From: Monocercomonoides exilis PA203
Lineage: Eukaryota; Protista; Preaxostyla
Direction of reading: 5' to 3'
Assembly (NCBI GenBank): GCA_001643675.2
Contig: LSRY02000055.1
Coordinates: 124,001 to 188,000, forward strand
Length of the DNA: 64,000 bases
Position numbers and translations under genes: made by a program. This document shows positions 50,685 to 64,000 of this stretch, piece after piece. The notes beneath the pieces were generated by a model, which ran no database searches, was not told where the DNA came from, and was given only the letters and a program-made list of their open reading frames with translations. Each line of letters opens with the position of its first letter. The stretch's first letter is position 1.

Positions 50685-50916
50685 CCTTCACCTTCACCTT
50701 CACCTTCACCTTCACCTTCACCTTCACCTTCACCTTCACCTTCACCTTCACCTTCACCTTCACCTTCACCTTCACCTTCACCTTCACCTTCACCTTCACC
50801 TTCACCTTCACCTTCACCTTCACCTTCACCTTCACCTTCACCTTCACCTTCACCTTCACCTTCACCTTCACCTTCACCTTCACCTTCACCTTCACCTTCA
50901 CCTTCACCTTCACCTT
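50685..50916. repeat. (CCTTCA)n perfect hexamer array
   Basis: About 38 perfect units, direct reading. Confidence 0.95.
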
Positions 50917-51339
50917 CTTCAACTTCTTCTTTTCAAACATTTTGTTCAGATATATGTTGAAAGAAGACTGTTGTATTCTCAGTGTAAACTGCATATTTGT
51001 TTCTTTTAAAAGCTTTTTGAAAGAAAATGATTTCGACAAGAAACAGGAGATAGAAAAGGATGAAAAAGGAAAAGAAGATGATAACTCCGATGAACATGTC
51101 ATCAGTGAAATCAAAAGGTCGATAGCATCTTATGCACTCTCAAAGAACAGCAGCATGTTGTTTATTGCAATCTCTTTATTACTCGGAGCCTTCTCGTGCT
51201 TTGCTGAAGAAGAAGAAGAAGAAGAAGAAGAAGAAGAAGAAAAAGAAAAAGAAGAAGAAGAAGAAGAAGAAGAAGAAGAAGAAGAAGAAGAAGAAGAAGA
51301 TAAAGATAAAGAAGAAGAAGAAGAAGAAGAAGGCAAGAC

Positions 51340-54300
51340 ATTGCATCCTTCACCATCCCACTTTCACGCCATCGCCTCATGGAACTGCACCACACGCTAC
51401 TAGACCCACAGCTGCAGCCCAAAGCAGATCTCCGCTTCCATCTCTTTCTTTGCAGCTACAGTCCCATCAACTCCACAACCAGCCGCTCCATCCGGAACAT
51501 CGCCAGCCTCCCTTCTTTCTTTAACACCTCCGACTGCATGCACTACACATCCAGTTTCAGCCCCACATCCATCCCTTCCCCTGCCCTTGTTGATACCAAC
51601 GAAATAACCAGCATCCAGCCATTCGGATCCATATTCAGCAGCGTAAAGTTCAGGCTCACTGCCTTCTTAACCGTGCTTTTCTCAGATTGGACAGAGTTGC
51701 TCACCAGAAGGCTGCGTCGTACGCATCAAGCAACTGCAGGTACAGCGTGAAAAAGTCGTAGCACTGATTCATCTTTAGCACCAACGCAAATGATGACGGA
51801 CAGTACCTAGACAGCTGGTGCTCATTCAGGAAGATAGCAACGATAGCGTTTGTGGTGTCTTCAGATCGCACACACACTGAAAAGACTCCTGCTGTGAATA
51901 CATGATCCATCACCAACCTTCGTGCGTTGATTATAATGAAAAATCAATGGATCGCAACTGCGTATCTCATCATGAAGCACCTTTATCGCCTATTTCTTCT
52001 TCATTGCTTCCACTCGGTTGTTGTTCAGCAGAATCCGCAGAAACACTGATGTGTCCGCCTCCCCCTTCTCCGACTGAAGACCTTCAAACTCCTCAAAAAT
52101 CATCTTGATCTTCTTCTCCGACACTCCTTCAAGCACAGCGTTGATGCACTTCGTGAACATCCAGAACGATACCATCAATTAGTTCTCGCTCTCCTCTATA
52201 AACTCCTTTGACATCACCTCTTTCAAACAGTGATGGTTTGTGGAACAGGAAGAACGACAGCTCGTCTCCTGTGAACTCCTCCCGCACAAACTTCCCAAAC
52301 AGCCACACCTCCGCAAAGTCCTTCCGGAACAGCGCCACGCCGGAGATCATCGCCCACCGCGCAGCCTCACTCTTCTTCTGCACCGCGTGCTTCTCCCCCA
52401 GCCACATGCACACAAAGTATCCAATCCATAACCTTGAAACCGCAACTCCCACTAACACAGCGCTGCACTCACACAAGTCTGTTGCGATCTTGTTACGGAA
52501 TATCCACAGAATCCTCATCAGTTTCCACACTTGCGACAACTGCAGCCCTATCTTCTGCGGCCTCGACAAACGCTTCATCTGCACATTCAACAGTGACGTG
52601 ATCTGCATCCAAAGCACATGCGCTGTTTTGAGTTCCACATGTTCAGTCGATTCAAACGCTGTGCTAATCATCCGCTCCATCGGAGAAGACTCCAGCAAAG
52701 GCACTGAACCAGCAATATTTTCCTCCTCATAACCTTCCTTCTCCCACAAAAGTTCACTCGTTCCATCTTCTCTTTTAGCTCCTTCACATTTACAGTCAGC
52801 TGCACTTCTATCTCTTCATGTATCACCTTCATTTTCTTCCACTTCTGCTTCTTTTACGCATGCTCCGTATGCTTCTTCTCAATCACCTCCTTGAACAGAG
52901 CCTTCTGCTTGCTTGTCATCTGCTCCTTCACTTTTGACAGATCCATTAACATCTTCGTTTCCTTTTTTATATTGTTCATCATCTTCTTCAACACTTGAAT
53001 CAGCTCTTCCACCACCGCCGGATCTCTCTTCCCCATAACTGTTGGCTTCTCTCACAACACTCACATTGTTCCCCGCTTTCGCAACAAGTCCCTTTGTTGT
53101 GTCGGACCTAAACATCGCAACGCACCCATCGCAGCTGTTTGCAGCAAATCATTCACAGCATTTTTCTCACAGCTACGATGGCAGAATGAATGAAGCTGAA
53201 GATGGAGCAATTCCATCCACATCAGAGGCCAACAAAGAAAGCATGATTTGCTTCACCACCAACCCGCCAGCGAATTATCGCTGTACCCGCTCACCAGCTC
53301 ACACTGATGTGTCAGACGTTTCTTCTCCTTCTCAATCCCTCCATCAATAAATTCAACCTTCTCCTTCATCGCAACAAGTTACTCTTTCAGCTCCTTCACT
53401 TCTGTGATGTGCTTATCACTCTTCTTCAGAATCTTCCTCTCCTGCAGCTGCTCCTCCAGTTAACTCGGAGGCTTCTATATCTGCTCTTCGTCCCGGATCC
53501 TCTGCAGCAGCATGTTGAACTCCAGAAACTTCTTCTTCATCTTCTGCTTTGCCTTCTCATATTTTTCCTTTATATTCTCCTCCTTCTCCCCCCTTTTTCA
53601 CTCCTTCTTTTCCTCCCTCTTTGTCTCCCCTTTCTCCTTCCTCGCCTCTTCGCGCTCCTCCAGTAAAAGCCAGCGCAATCGCTGATGGAGACAGAACCAC
53701 ATCCTCCATCCTCCATCCTCCAACACCTTCTCCACAATCTTTCTCGCTTCGCACACTGCAACCCCTCATCCCATCACGTCGTCATCCAGTTTTAACACCA
53801 CACGCCTCGACTGCGACGATCGTGACACCAACAGCGCTATTGCCTGTGGAAGCAGCGACGGGTCAAATAAATTGAAGATTGATGGGAACGTATTTACATC
53901 TGGAGCGGAAAAGATCTGATTGCTCCCCGACTTTGTGTACACTGAAACTGAAAGCGACGGAAGCGGCCCCACCAGCGGAACCGAAAGCATAGCCGAAAGC
54001 GCCACATCGTATGCACACACAACACCCCCGTACAGCACAGCCCGCCCAGCCACAACATATCCCAGCAGCGGCAGCATCTGCTGCAGCGACAGCGGCATGT
54101 GTAGCCCATACACTCCAGCCGCCTCAGGCTCAACAATCTGCAGCCTCATCTCGATTTCGTTTATCGCTGCTGTCAATATGAATGACTTCTTCACCGCCGA
54201 CGCATCAGAAAAGTCAATCGCAATCTCCGATAATGATGGCTTCTTATTCTCTGAAGATTTCTTCTCTTCGCTTTTCCCTCTCCGAAATGGCGAAGTTGAT

Positions 54301-54430
54301 CAGCGTGCTGCTCAAGTTGAAGAAGACGAAGACGAAGGCACTGAGCGAAGAGAAGACTGCTGCGCCGCCCTGGCCACAAGAAACTTCTTCAGAAACTCCA
54401 TTACGTCTGCAGTCTGCTCCAATGGTGACT
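51340..54430 (-). pseudogene. Large, relatively GC-rich decayed gene of unknown function (coiled-coil central part)
   Basis: Chain of minus-strand ORF pieces (53766-54194, 52854-53036, 52129-52749, 51701-51916) broken by stops and frameshifts, with coding-like composition. Confidence 0.55.
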
Positions 54431-55625
54431 CAAACACAACATTTTCTTTTTTTTCAGAATGATAAACAGCAGAGAAAGCCTGCTTTCTTCGTACAATTTG
54501 AAAAGATTGAAGCAGAACATCTTTATATAATGTGTCTGTATAAACTGAAAGGGAGAAGGAAAAGGCACATTCTGAGGTGAAAGAAACTTGTTTGATACAA
54601 ACTATTTAAATATTAATATTTGAAGAGATAACATTTTTGAGTTTGTTACAAATGGATATTTATTTTGAAAAAAAATTGTATCATTCCACAATTTTCCTAA
54701 ATAATATTAATAATTGCTTTATGTCACCTCCTTTTTGAATACTATTCTAACGCAACGAGTGTTATTTTGACAAATCTTTCCTGTTAAAAAATTTCTTTAA
54801 AAAAATTCAAGAAATCAAGAAACCAATTTTATATATCTATCAACAAAAGAAAATAAAAAAAGCTTAATTGACATATAAAAATTTATAATGAATATTCGAA
54901 TAGATGAAATGAAGATGCAGAAATAAGAACATGCAATTCATTTGATTCAAATAGCTCGAAAGCAGTAGCTAACAAAAGCGTATTCTATTATATTATTAAC
55001 GTTCTGTATGTAATCATCAGATTTTTGAATGCTTATCAATAATAAGCTCAGAAAATAACAATATATAAAACTAATATAACAATAATGGGAACGGAATGAT
55101 CAACAATTTTTGATCATGTTTGATCTTTTGTGGGATAAAATTAAAGTCGAGGAACTTTTCGTAAAAATTTTGCCATATGAATGTTGAAAAGTGAATAGGC
55201 TTATTGAAGATATTATTATCTTTTATTCGGTAAAAACAAATGTTTTAAAAAGCAATTATCATTCTTTTTCTCTTTTGAATAAAAATTTTCTTTCAAAAAC
55301 AAACAATCGTTGAAAAATCCACACACCGAAAAAATATATGATTTCAAAAATAATCACACAAATTACAAAATTTTATTGAAAATTTCTTTTGCTTAAAACA
55401 CAGGTTAAAACATAAATTGCTCGTTTTGAATGAATGTCTATTTCAACTTATTAATCTTCTCAAAATTATATATCAATTCATATCATTATAATTGTATCAT
55501 TTCTTGTTGTACTTGAGTGAATAAGAATGAATAACATATGAAAAATCAGAACAAAATGAAAAAGTTATTTCTTTTGATGATGAATTATTTCGAAAAAATG
55601 TTCAGGTGGGTGATTTTTTTAACAT

Positions 55626-55832
55626 GGCTGATCCTTTTTGAAATCACACTTTCGTTCGAGTTTTGATCGAAATTTAATCTCAATGGGATTTTTGTGAAAA
55701 AAAATTTTTTTGCAATAACAACTTCATAAACAGTCTATTTCAACTATTATTATTCATTTTATCAAAAATCCCATTGAGACATAAATTTTGATCAAAACTC
55801 GAATGAAAGTTTGATTTCAAAAAGGATCAGCC
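55626..55832. mobile_element. MITE, ~75-bp TIRs, same terminal family as 30771 and 49288
   Basis: GGCTGATCCTTTTTGAAATCA ... TGATTTCAAAAAGGATCAGCC; flanks ACAT / ATAT. Confidence 0.85.
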
Positions 55833-57114
55833 ATATTATAAAAAAGATCAAAAATTGAAACAAAAAACTAATGTTGTATTTTCTAATCATTCAACAAAAA
55901 AATGATTTTTCGTGAATATTTACCATTAAAAATAATTTCATTTATATGTTTTATTCAAGAATACAGAAAATCATTCCTTTTTTTAAAAAATTAATAAATA
56001 TTATTTGGATCAAGTTTCTGAAAAAAGTTTCAAAAAATGAAGAAACAAAATTAAAAAATCAAATGACAAGCTTCAAAACTTGCAAAACACAACTTATTGA
56101 AGAAGATAATATTCTTAGAACAAAATAGATGGCTTTTAATATTTATTATTTGATTTTTAAAAAGAAAATGCAACGAGTTTAGTATTTATTTTGATAAAGC
56201 TTCTTACAAAGTTACTGTTAAAGTTGTGCAATTCAACGACTTAAAAAAACGATGAACGAAATGGAGAGAAAACAGTAATGGATGATAACAATAAAGTCAA
56301 TCTCACATTTTACCTCCAAATTCTTTTTATGAAATTATTTTTAATTTATTCTCCATCCGCTTCCCATCTTTTTTCCGTTTCTTCACTTCTTCATTTTAAT
56401 CCCTCATTTGAAAATGTTGCCCATGTTGTGCACTTTCATTCATATTGTTTTCATTATTTATCTTTCGTTGCACTGCTTCATTGCTTATCTCTCAAAAAAA
56501 CTTATTAAGCTTTTTCTGCGAATTTGCTTTGTTCATTTTCTTTTTCTTTTTCTCCTTTCAGTCATCTGTGTCTTCCTCAACCACTCCTTCATCACCAGTC
56601 TCACTTTTCACAACCCCAACATATTCCACCTCACATCCCTTGCAAATCTCTTCTCCCTCAACTCCTTTAACAAATCCAACTATAACATGAGCAGCGTCAT
56701 ATTGGAATACAGAAACAGGCAAACTTCCGCAGGCGATATGTTTTCATTGATACAAAGGTCAGCAGATTATGTGTGACTGAAGAGGTGGCTAAAGAAAGAA
56801 GAAGAAGAAGAAGAAGAAGAAGAGGAGGAGGAGGAGGAAGATAATGATGATGAAGGTATTGAAGATGATGATGACGATGAGGAGGTAGAGGAGAAGGAAG
56901 AAGAAGAAGAAGAAGAAGAAGAAGAAAGCACATGAAGATCTGATCCAACAGCGCATCCAGAGGAGAAAGAGGGAAGCAACACAGAAAATATTAGAGAGAA
57001 GAAATGGAAGAAGACTGCAGAGAGGAAGAGAGGAAAGGAAAGGAAAGGAAGGGAAGGGAAAGGGAAGAGAAGAAGAAGAGGAGGAAGAGGAAGAGAAGAG
57101 AAGAGGAGGAGGTG

Positions 57115-57116
<2 letters not shown>

Positions 57117-57154
<38 letters not shown>
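57117..57154. repeat. (GT)n microsatellite
   Basis: Direct reading. Confidence 0.9.
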
Positions 57155-57159
<5 letters not shown>

Positions 57160-57369
57160 TGTATGGTTCTTTTTTCGTCTAATTGCCAAAATGATAAGAC
57201 ATTTCCTCGTGTCTCTCCTGTGAGAAAGTTAAAAGGGAAGAAAGAATGTGGCACATTCAACCGCTTCTTCCTTCTTTCCTGTGAAGAAGGAATGCTCTTC
57301 TTCTTTTTTAGGAGGAGGAGGATGAAAAGAAGAAGAAAAAGAAGAAGAAGATGATGATGAAGGCGTTGT

Positions 57370-57990
57370 TGAAGACGAAGATAATATGGAAAATTCATAT
57401 GAACTATTTTTTTTTTCCATTTCTTTTTTTCTTTTTTTTTTGTTGGACGATATCTTCAACATAACAATCTCGATGAAATATGGCTGATGACAAAAGTTGA
57501 ATGATAAAAGTCCATTTTGTATTTTGTTTATCTCTGCTGCCTGTATAATGCCAAACTTTCTGATTTTCTCGTATTTTCGCCTCTCAAGCCAAGCAATGAA
57601 TTCCAGTTCCATTCCTCTCACCTCGTTCCATAAAAGCAATGTCTTCCCCTTCTTATCCCAAGAAAGGCACCTTGTTCTGTCCCAACTGCTGCTAATCTCC
57701 TGTTTCAGTCATCTGCCTCAATCTTTCCAACAAAATTTTTCTGAAAATATCCCACCCTCATAAAAAACGCCCCCTATTTAGAGAGATTGGATATTCTTCC
57801 TTTTTGCCTTGGATATCTTCCAACCCCGTTCATTTCCGCTCCATTAATATTCATATTCATCGCATTTATATCCATCGCGCATGTTGAGTTAATAACAAGT
57901 CACATAAACATTTATGATAAAATACATTCTGGCTCTAATATATTTGTAAGATAATGTTTGTCTCGCTTCATTGCTGTTCTGTTCTGCAAA
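57370..57990 (-). repeat. Inverted duplicate of ~46860-47470 (decayed coding-like segment upstream of family copies 4 and 5)
   Basis: Shared blocks, e.g. ATGAGGGTGGGATATTTTCAGAAAATTTT and CAAGGTGCCTTTCTTGGGATAAGAAGGGGAAGACATTGCTTTTATGG. Confidence 0.85.
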
Positions 57991-58615
57991 GAATAAATTG
58001 GCCATTTCAACAATAACTCGGATTCCTGCACTCTGGAGGAGATACAGATGGAAATATCTTTGAAATTAGCAGAACAAAATAAAATACATTCATTCATGTA
58101 TTTCCATTCAAAATGAAAATCGTTATATTTCCTTGGACAACGAATCTCAATAATTCATCAGATAGAATTTCAATATCAATGCACAGTCACCGTTGTCAAC
58201 ATCCATCATTGGAAATAATTCTTCTAATTCTGTAAAAAATGTTTATTAATTGATCTCTCGCTTTGTTAATGAGTATTCCTTTTGAAATATCCAAATTGAT
58301 CAAAACATCCATAACAACAACGAGAAAAAACAAAGAATTCATTTTCATTGGAATAGCAAATCGAAAATGTTCGCGGAAGATGAAACAGTTTGAATGCATA
58401 TATTTCTTTCATCTTTAATGAGTTTTTATTTTTCATCTGATTCTACTGTCCAATCTTTTGAACTTTCATTGTGAATATCAAAATGATGTTGTTTTCTGAA
58501 TGAAATTTGCTACAAAAAACATAGGAGACGGACAACACAAAAAAGTTCAATGGTTTACATTCATTTTTGCATTTGAATTCTGGCTTATTCTGATTTAACT
58601 ATTTTCAATTCACAG

Positions 58616-60035
58616 AATTGTTTTGTGAACTTGAACATTGCAATGAGGATGAGCAAAGAAAGAAAATCGAAGAAATGAATGAAATAATAGAAGGAATGAA
58701 TGAAGAAGAATTCAGATCCATTTTTAAGACAGAGCTGTTTAAAAAATTAGATAAAATGATTGAAGAAAAGAAACTTTCAGTGGAGAATGCAATTTTGCTG
58801 TTGAAGCATGCTGGATATTTGAAGACTCTGAAAAACATTTGGATCTTTGATTTTAGAAATTCTTCGTTGAACAAAAGAATTGAAAAGATGATAATTGAAG
58901 AAGATAAGAAAAATGAAGAAAAGAATGAAAATTTTCTTGTTGGACTTTGCAAATGCTATATTTTGTTGAACAGGGATGCTTCTTCGGAGTTGATACTAAT
59001 TAGTATGCCTTGTCTTCTGAAAGCTGCATTGCGCAAAGAGGAAAGCGAGGAGACTCGAAAAGAAGTGGAAATAGCTTTGCTGGCGCTGAGCAACATTAAC
59101 GAATATAGTGTATGAGCACTTCTTTTTCATTTTTATTATGTTTGTTTTTTTCCCTTCTTATTTCTGTTTAGAAAATGAAACAAGAACTGTATTTGAAGGA
59201 AATGTTAGAAATCATCAAACATCAGCAGAAACACAGAAATCTAACAAAACTTGCCTATCAGTGTGCTTGGCAATTTTTTATTTACAGATTGGACACTGAT
59301 AAAAGCTTGAATGAAGTGATTTTGAATGAGCTGCATTTTGGAAGAGAATCATCAAGAGAACTGGAAGAGCTTACAAGAAAAGTGAATTGGAAGAAGAAAA
59401 AAGAAGAGGAAATGATCAAAGAAGAAGTGAATGAAGTGCTGATAATCAAAAGATGGATTGAAACATTCTCGATTTATTTTCAAAGTTGTCGATTGAAGAA
59501 TGAAGAAAATGTTGAGCTAATCAATAGCATTGTTCAGGTATATCGAGCAGCAAAAGGGAATAATGAAGTAATTTGCAATCTCTGCATTCACTCCTTGAAA
59601 AACGCAGCAAAAAATAGAGTTGTGAAAGTTGAAGATTTATTGAATGGAGGAGCAGTTAATACTGTTTTGGAGGAGATGCATCGGCAAACATTGAATGAAA
59701 TGATGGTATATGAATGTTTGCAATTCTTTACGAATGTTTCAAATCGATTGAAAGAAAAGAAGAAAAACGAAATGGAAGAAGAGGAAGAAGAAGAGGAGTT
59801 TGATGAGGGGGATGAAGAGAGAGATGATGAGAAGGAAGAAGAGAAGGAAGAAGAAGAAGAAGGGGAAGAGGAAGAGGAAGAAAGAAAAATAACAAAAAGG
59901 AAGGTTTTTGAAAAGATGGAAGAAGAAGGATACGAAGATGTCATCACAAGCTTTCATAAAATATATGATTTTCTTCTCAGAATATATTCTCTTGGAACAT
60001 CGTTGAAAATTTCTGATTATTTTGTGAATGTTTGA
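58616..60035 (+). CDS. EEEGYED family copy 5 (first exon uncertain, possibly defective)
   Basis: Exons 58616-59109 and 59172-60035 are joined by a GT-AG intron. Ends YFVNV*. Confidence 0.8.
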
Positions 60036-61279
60036 GGAAATTCATTGTATTTTGTAACTCTTTATTTTCAATTTTCTCTTTTTTCATTCATTTCACAAAA
60101 CGGTACAAAAATTAATTTTCATATGTTTGCTTTTGAAGTGATTTATGATCCAGATTCATCAAAATGAAGCAAAGAAATAACAACAAAAAAAAAATTCAAT
60201 TTTTGTTTTTCTAAATGAAAATAATTAAAATATTAATAATCATGAATTTCTCCATTTTCTTCTTTCTTTCACCAAAGTTCTTCCCAAAATGAGTTGACAA
60301 ATATTTTTCAATTCAAAATTTTCATTCATTCTTTTGATTGTTTTGAGAAAAACAACCTCTTTTCAGCTCATTCGCAAAAAGAAAATTGTGTTTTCTCAAT
60401 GCTTCCTTTGTTTTCAAGGAATATCAGAAACCCTCAGAGCATGTTGCAAATACAATAAAAACAGCAAACAACGATGCTGATGCTGCTTCAAGTGAAGAGA
60501 AACATTCAATCCAAACGCTTTCCTCTGCCTGTTTCCTCATTCTTCAACATTTCCATCTCCAAAAGTCAAAACAATCCGTTTGCAGCATCTGAAGGCAATA
60601 AAAAAATATTTTATTTGAAAATCGGAGAAGAGGAAGAAATCCTGATGGGAGTTTTGATGCATCCCTTGAAGATTGAGAGAGAAAGAGAAAAAGAAAGAGA
60701 AAGAGAAAGAGAAAGAGAGAAGAACGAAAAATACATCAAAATTGAATTGCTCACTTGAGATGATAAGCATTTTGTGAAGAATTTGAAATAAGAAATGTTT
60801 CTTGAATTGGAAGAAGAAGAAGAAGAAAATAAAGAAGAAGAAAATAAAGAAGAAGAAAATAAAGATGAGAATTCTGAATTAGATGAAGATAATAACGAAG
60901 AGGAAGATGAGGAAGAAGACGGTGATAAAGAAGAGGAGGAGTAAGAAGAAGAAGGCAAGAAGAAGGAGAAGATGAGGAGAAGAATATTGAATTAGAAGAA
61001 GAAGAATAAGAAGAAGAAAGAAGAAGAAATGAGGATGAAAAGAATGAATAACATAAAGTTAAAATGAAGAAATGATCCAAAAAACCAAGCAAAAGAACAG
61101 CAGAAATGCCATTTGGAATGAAATCAGCAATTTTTTGTATTCAGAAAAAGAAAGAGAAAATGTGTAATTATCATTTCTGTAAAAAATTCGAGTTATTTTT
61201 TATTTTTATTTTTATTTATTTTTTTTATTTTTTATTTTTTATTTTTTTTTTGTGAAAAAAATTTGCAAAAATGTGACAT

Positions 61280-61850
61280 CTTATGGATTGCACACCTTAA
61301 TTTGGCAAAATATTTAAATTGTTGTTTTGTTTGTCCTTTCATATTTGCTTTGGCATCGCTCGATTTGCTTCCTCCTTTGTCTTGAAATCCACTCCGAAAT
61401 CGTCGAATCTATGAAAATCAGCAAAACAACCAAAAATGATGATTTTCCGAAAAATGTGACAAGCGTCTTTACAGATAAATACACTTAAATTGGATTCACC
61501 ATAAAATGAATAATATGCTTGAACGCGCTCAATATTCCGCATGTGCTTGGTTCCGCATATTGCATAAATCTTCCTTCGCCTTCTCGATTTTTTTCATCTT
61601 TGCTCAGCCTCAAAATCTTTTGGAATAGAATCTCTTTCAATGCTCTGTTAACAATGACATGCATTGTTGCCTTGATTATGCCCATTATGCGTTCAATTAT
61701 CATTTTCCCAATCATCAAAAAATTGCGAATTGTTGAAAGCTTGATTCCCTTCCATTAATCTTCCTTCAGCTTGCACAACCCACTCAAGAAACGAACAAAT
61801 ATCAAAATCATCCTGATGTCTCAAAACTTTTCTCAACACATTAAATTCGA
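61280..61850 (-). pseudogene. ABCC-type TMD fragment (copy b), part of inverted duplicate of ~37900-39400
   Basis: IVNRALKEILFQKILRLSKDEKNREGEGRFMQY..NPI*VYLSVKTLVTFFGKSSF; collinear with 38540-39100. Confidence 0.55.
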
Positions 61851-62416
61851 AACAACCACTGAAGCCTGCAAACACTTTGAAATAACAGAAAAAATCATTT
61901 CGATGAAGGAAAGCTTCCAGATAACTCTAAATGTGAGTGCTAAAATTGAAATACAAATATGTTTTAATTTAAAAAGGGCATTGAAGCACACACACGATTA
62001 ATGAACAAACTGTTGCTTTTTTTTCTCTTCTTTGTTTTGTTCTTCAAAACAATTTATTGCCTCCTCTTCATGTGGCTAATAATATAAAAACTAATATTAT
62101 TTTCATATTCAATACCAAGCATGTGGGATTCTTTCCGATATGTTCAACTACTCATTCGAAATTCAATCCATTTCCATGAAATGAATTATTGTTGGTTCGA
62201 TCAGAAAGAAATTAAACTCTTTCGTATTTAGCTATATACTGCTAATACCATTGACTTCTTTGTGATTTCGATTTCACATTTATTTTTTAAAAGCAAAGGA
62301 ATTCTTATTGGTCTGCTATATCTTTGCTTTGACAATCATCAATGTTTTTTGTAATTGCTTTTATGTTTTTTGTTTGAAATTTTGCTGTAAATTGATCTTT
62401 GCTAATAATAGACTGA

Positions 62417-63957
62417 ATGGAAATGTATAATGCATACAAATCCGATAATGATGTTCAGGAGCTATCTCTTGAAGATATGTTTTCAAGTTTGCTCATTTTT
62501 CTATTATTTGAGTGTTCAGCGTTTTCCATCATAAATAAATTTATTGAAGAATTGTTTTCTAAACTTATCCATTACGATGAAGAAGAGCAGAGACAGAAAA
62601 TCCTTGAAATAAATGAACTTGTGGAGGAAATGAATAAAGAGGAACATAAATCTTTTTTCACAAAAATAAAGTTCAATAGAATAGACAAAATGATTGAAAT
62701 AAAGAAAATGTCAATGGAAAATGCATTGTTGTTGTTGAAGCATATTGGACATCACAGAACATCCAAAAGAATTTTTATTAATGGTTTTGTGAATTCGTCA
62801 TTGTGCTTTCGATTTGAGCAGATGATTGCCGATGAAAATGAGAAGAAGAAAGAAAGAAAAAACGAAAAGCTTCTGATCGAACTTTGCGAATGCTTTCTTT
62901 TGATTAACGAAGGAATTTCTTCGAAATTACTTTCAATTTGCGTTCCTTGCCTTCTGAGATTTGTACTGAACAAGGAGAGAAACGATGAAGCACAAAAAGA
63001 AGTGGAAATGGCTTTGCTGGCTTTGAGCAACATTCATGAATTATATGTGTGTGCATTCCTATTCTTCTTATTTATATTTTTATTTTTATTTGTTAGAAAA
63101 TAGAAAAAGAGCTGTATTTTAATGAAATTAAAGATATCATCGAATATCATCAAGAACACAGAAATCTGACGCAACTTGCCTATCAGTGTGCATGGTTGTT
63201 TTTATTGAACAGATTAAGGTGCGATAATAGTTTGGAAGATGTTATTGCGAATGAGCTGCATTTTGGAAGAGAGGCAACCAGAGAATTAGAAGAGCTCACA
63301 AGAAATGCGAATTGGAAGAAGAAAGAAGAGGAAATGAGCAAAGAAGAAGCGAATGAAGTGCTGATAATCAAAAGATGGGTCAAAACATTGATGATTTATT
63401 TTTTCAATTATCGATTGAGGAATAAAGAACTTGTTGATCTTTTCCGCAGCATTATTCAGGTATATCGAACAGCAAAGGATAATTGCAGGGGAATTGGCAA
63501 AGAATGCATTTATTCCTTGAGAAACGCAGCAGGAAATTTTTATGTGAAAATTGAATACTTGTTGAGAAGTGGGGCTATAAGTGCTGTTTTGGAGGAGATT
63601 CAGCGGCCAACAATTGTCGACAAAATGGCAAAGGAAAGCTTGTTGTTCTTTACGAATGTTTCAAATCGATTGAAAGAAAAGAAGAAAAACGAAATGGAAG
63701 AAGAGGAAGAAGAAGAGGAGTTTGATGAGGGGGATGAAGAGAGAGATGATGAGAAGGAAGAGGAGAAGGAAGAAGAAGAAGAAGGGGAAGAGGAAGAGGA
63801 AGAAAGAAAAATAACAAAAAGGAAGGTTTTTGAAAAGATGGAAGAAGAAGGATACGAAGATATCATCACAAGCTTTCATGAAGCTTTAGAATATTTTAAA
63901 AGAAATTATTATCGTTCGTTATCTTTGAATATTTCTGATTATCTTGTGAATGTTTGA
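62417..63957 (+). CDS. EEEGYED family copy 6, 3 exons
   Basis: Exon 1 MEMYNAY..EDMFS, then introns at the same positions as copy 3. Ends YLVNV*. Confidence 0.8.
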
Positions 63958-64000
63958 GAAAATGTGATTTTTATTTATTTTGTTCCTCAAAAACTGCCTT

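Larger units (their letters stand above)
49288..55359. mobile_element. Probable old ~6.1-kb TIR element carrying gene fragments
   Basis: Termini GGGTGATTATTTTTGAAATCATAT and ATATGATTTCAAAAATAATCACAC. Further inverted anchors are CATATG.CAAAATTTTT..GAAAAGT and TCATTCCGTTCCCAT. AAAT is on both flanks. Confidence 0.55.

Noticed and set aside
50685-50916. Interstitial telomeric repeat
   Set aside because: The unit TGAAGG is not TTAGGG or another telomere repeat I can support, so it is treated as a microsatellite.

Overview
AT-rich, intron-containing eukaryotic DNA, probably from a protist. The short AT-rich introns, long microsatellites and giant Cys/Gly-rich membrane proteins resemble an oxymonad such as Monocercomonoides, but this is inference only. 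The window is an accessory, repeat-rich region. (1) It encodes two large single-pass surface proteins, one a ~2540-aa receptor with a kinase-like C-lobe lacking HRD/DFG. (2) A decayed DIRS-like tyrosine-recombinase retrotransposon (gag-like, RT, RNase H, adenine methylase, YR) has only ~20-30 bp inverted termini and a ~1000-codon overprinted YR frame. (3) That element is split by a 3.55-kb non-autonomous TIR element (8-bp TSD) carrying a captured surface-protein gene fragment. (4) Other mobile elements are a pogo/Fot1-like DD35D transposon, a foldback element, and a GG(G/C)TRATYMTTTTTGAAA TIR family (two MITEs plus a probable 6-kb cargo element). (5) Six copies plus one fragment of an uncharacterised helical gene family ending in EEEGYED...Y(F/L)VN(V/A) are partly arranged as an old nested inverted duplication with a gene-conversion tract. 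(6) Orphan pseudogene fragments of conserved genes (ADP-ribosylhydrolase, CEP290-like, ABCC transporter) are scattered through it. No rRNA, tRNA or CRISPR array was recognised.
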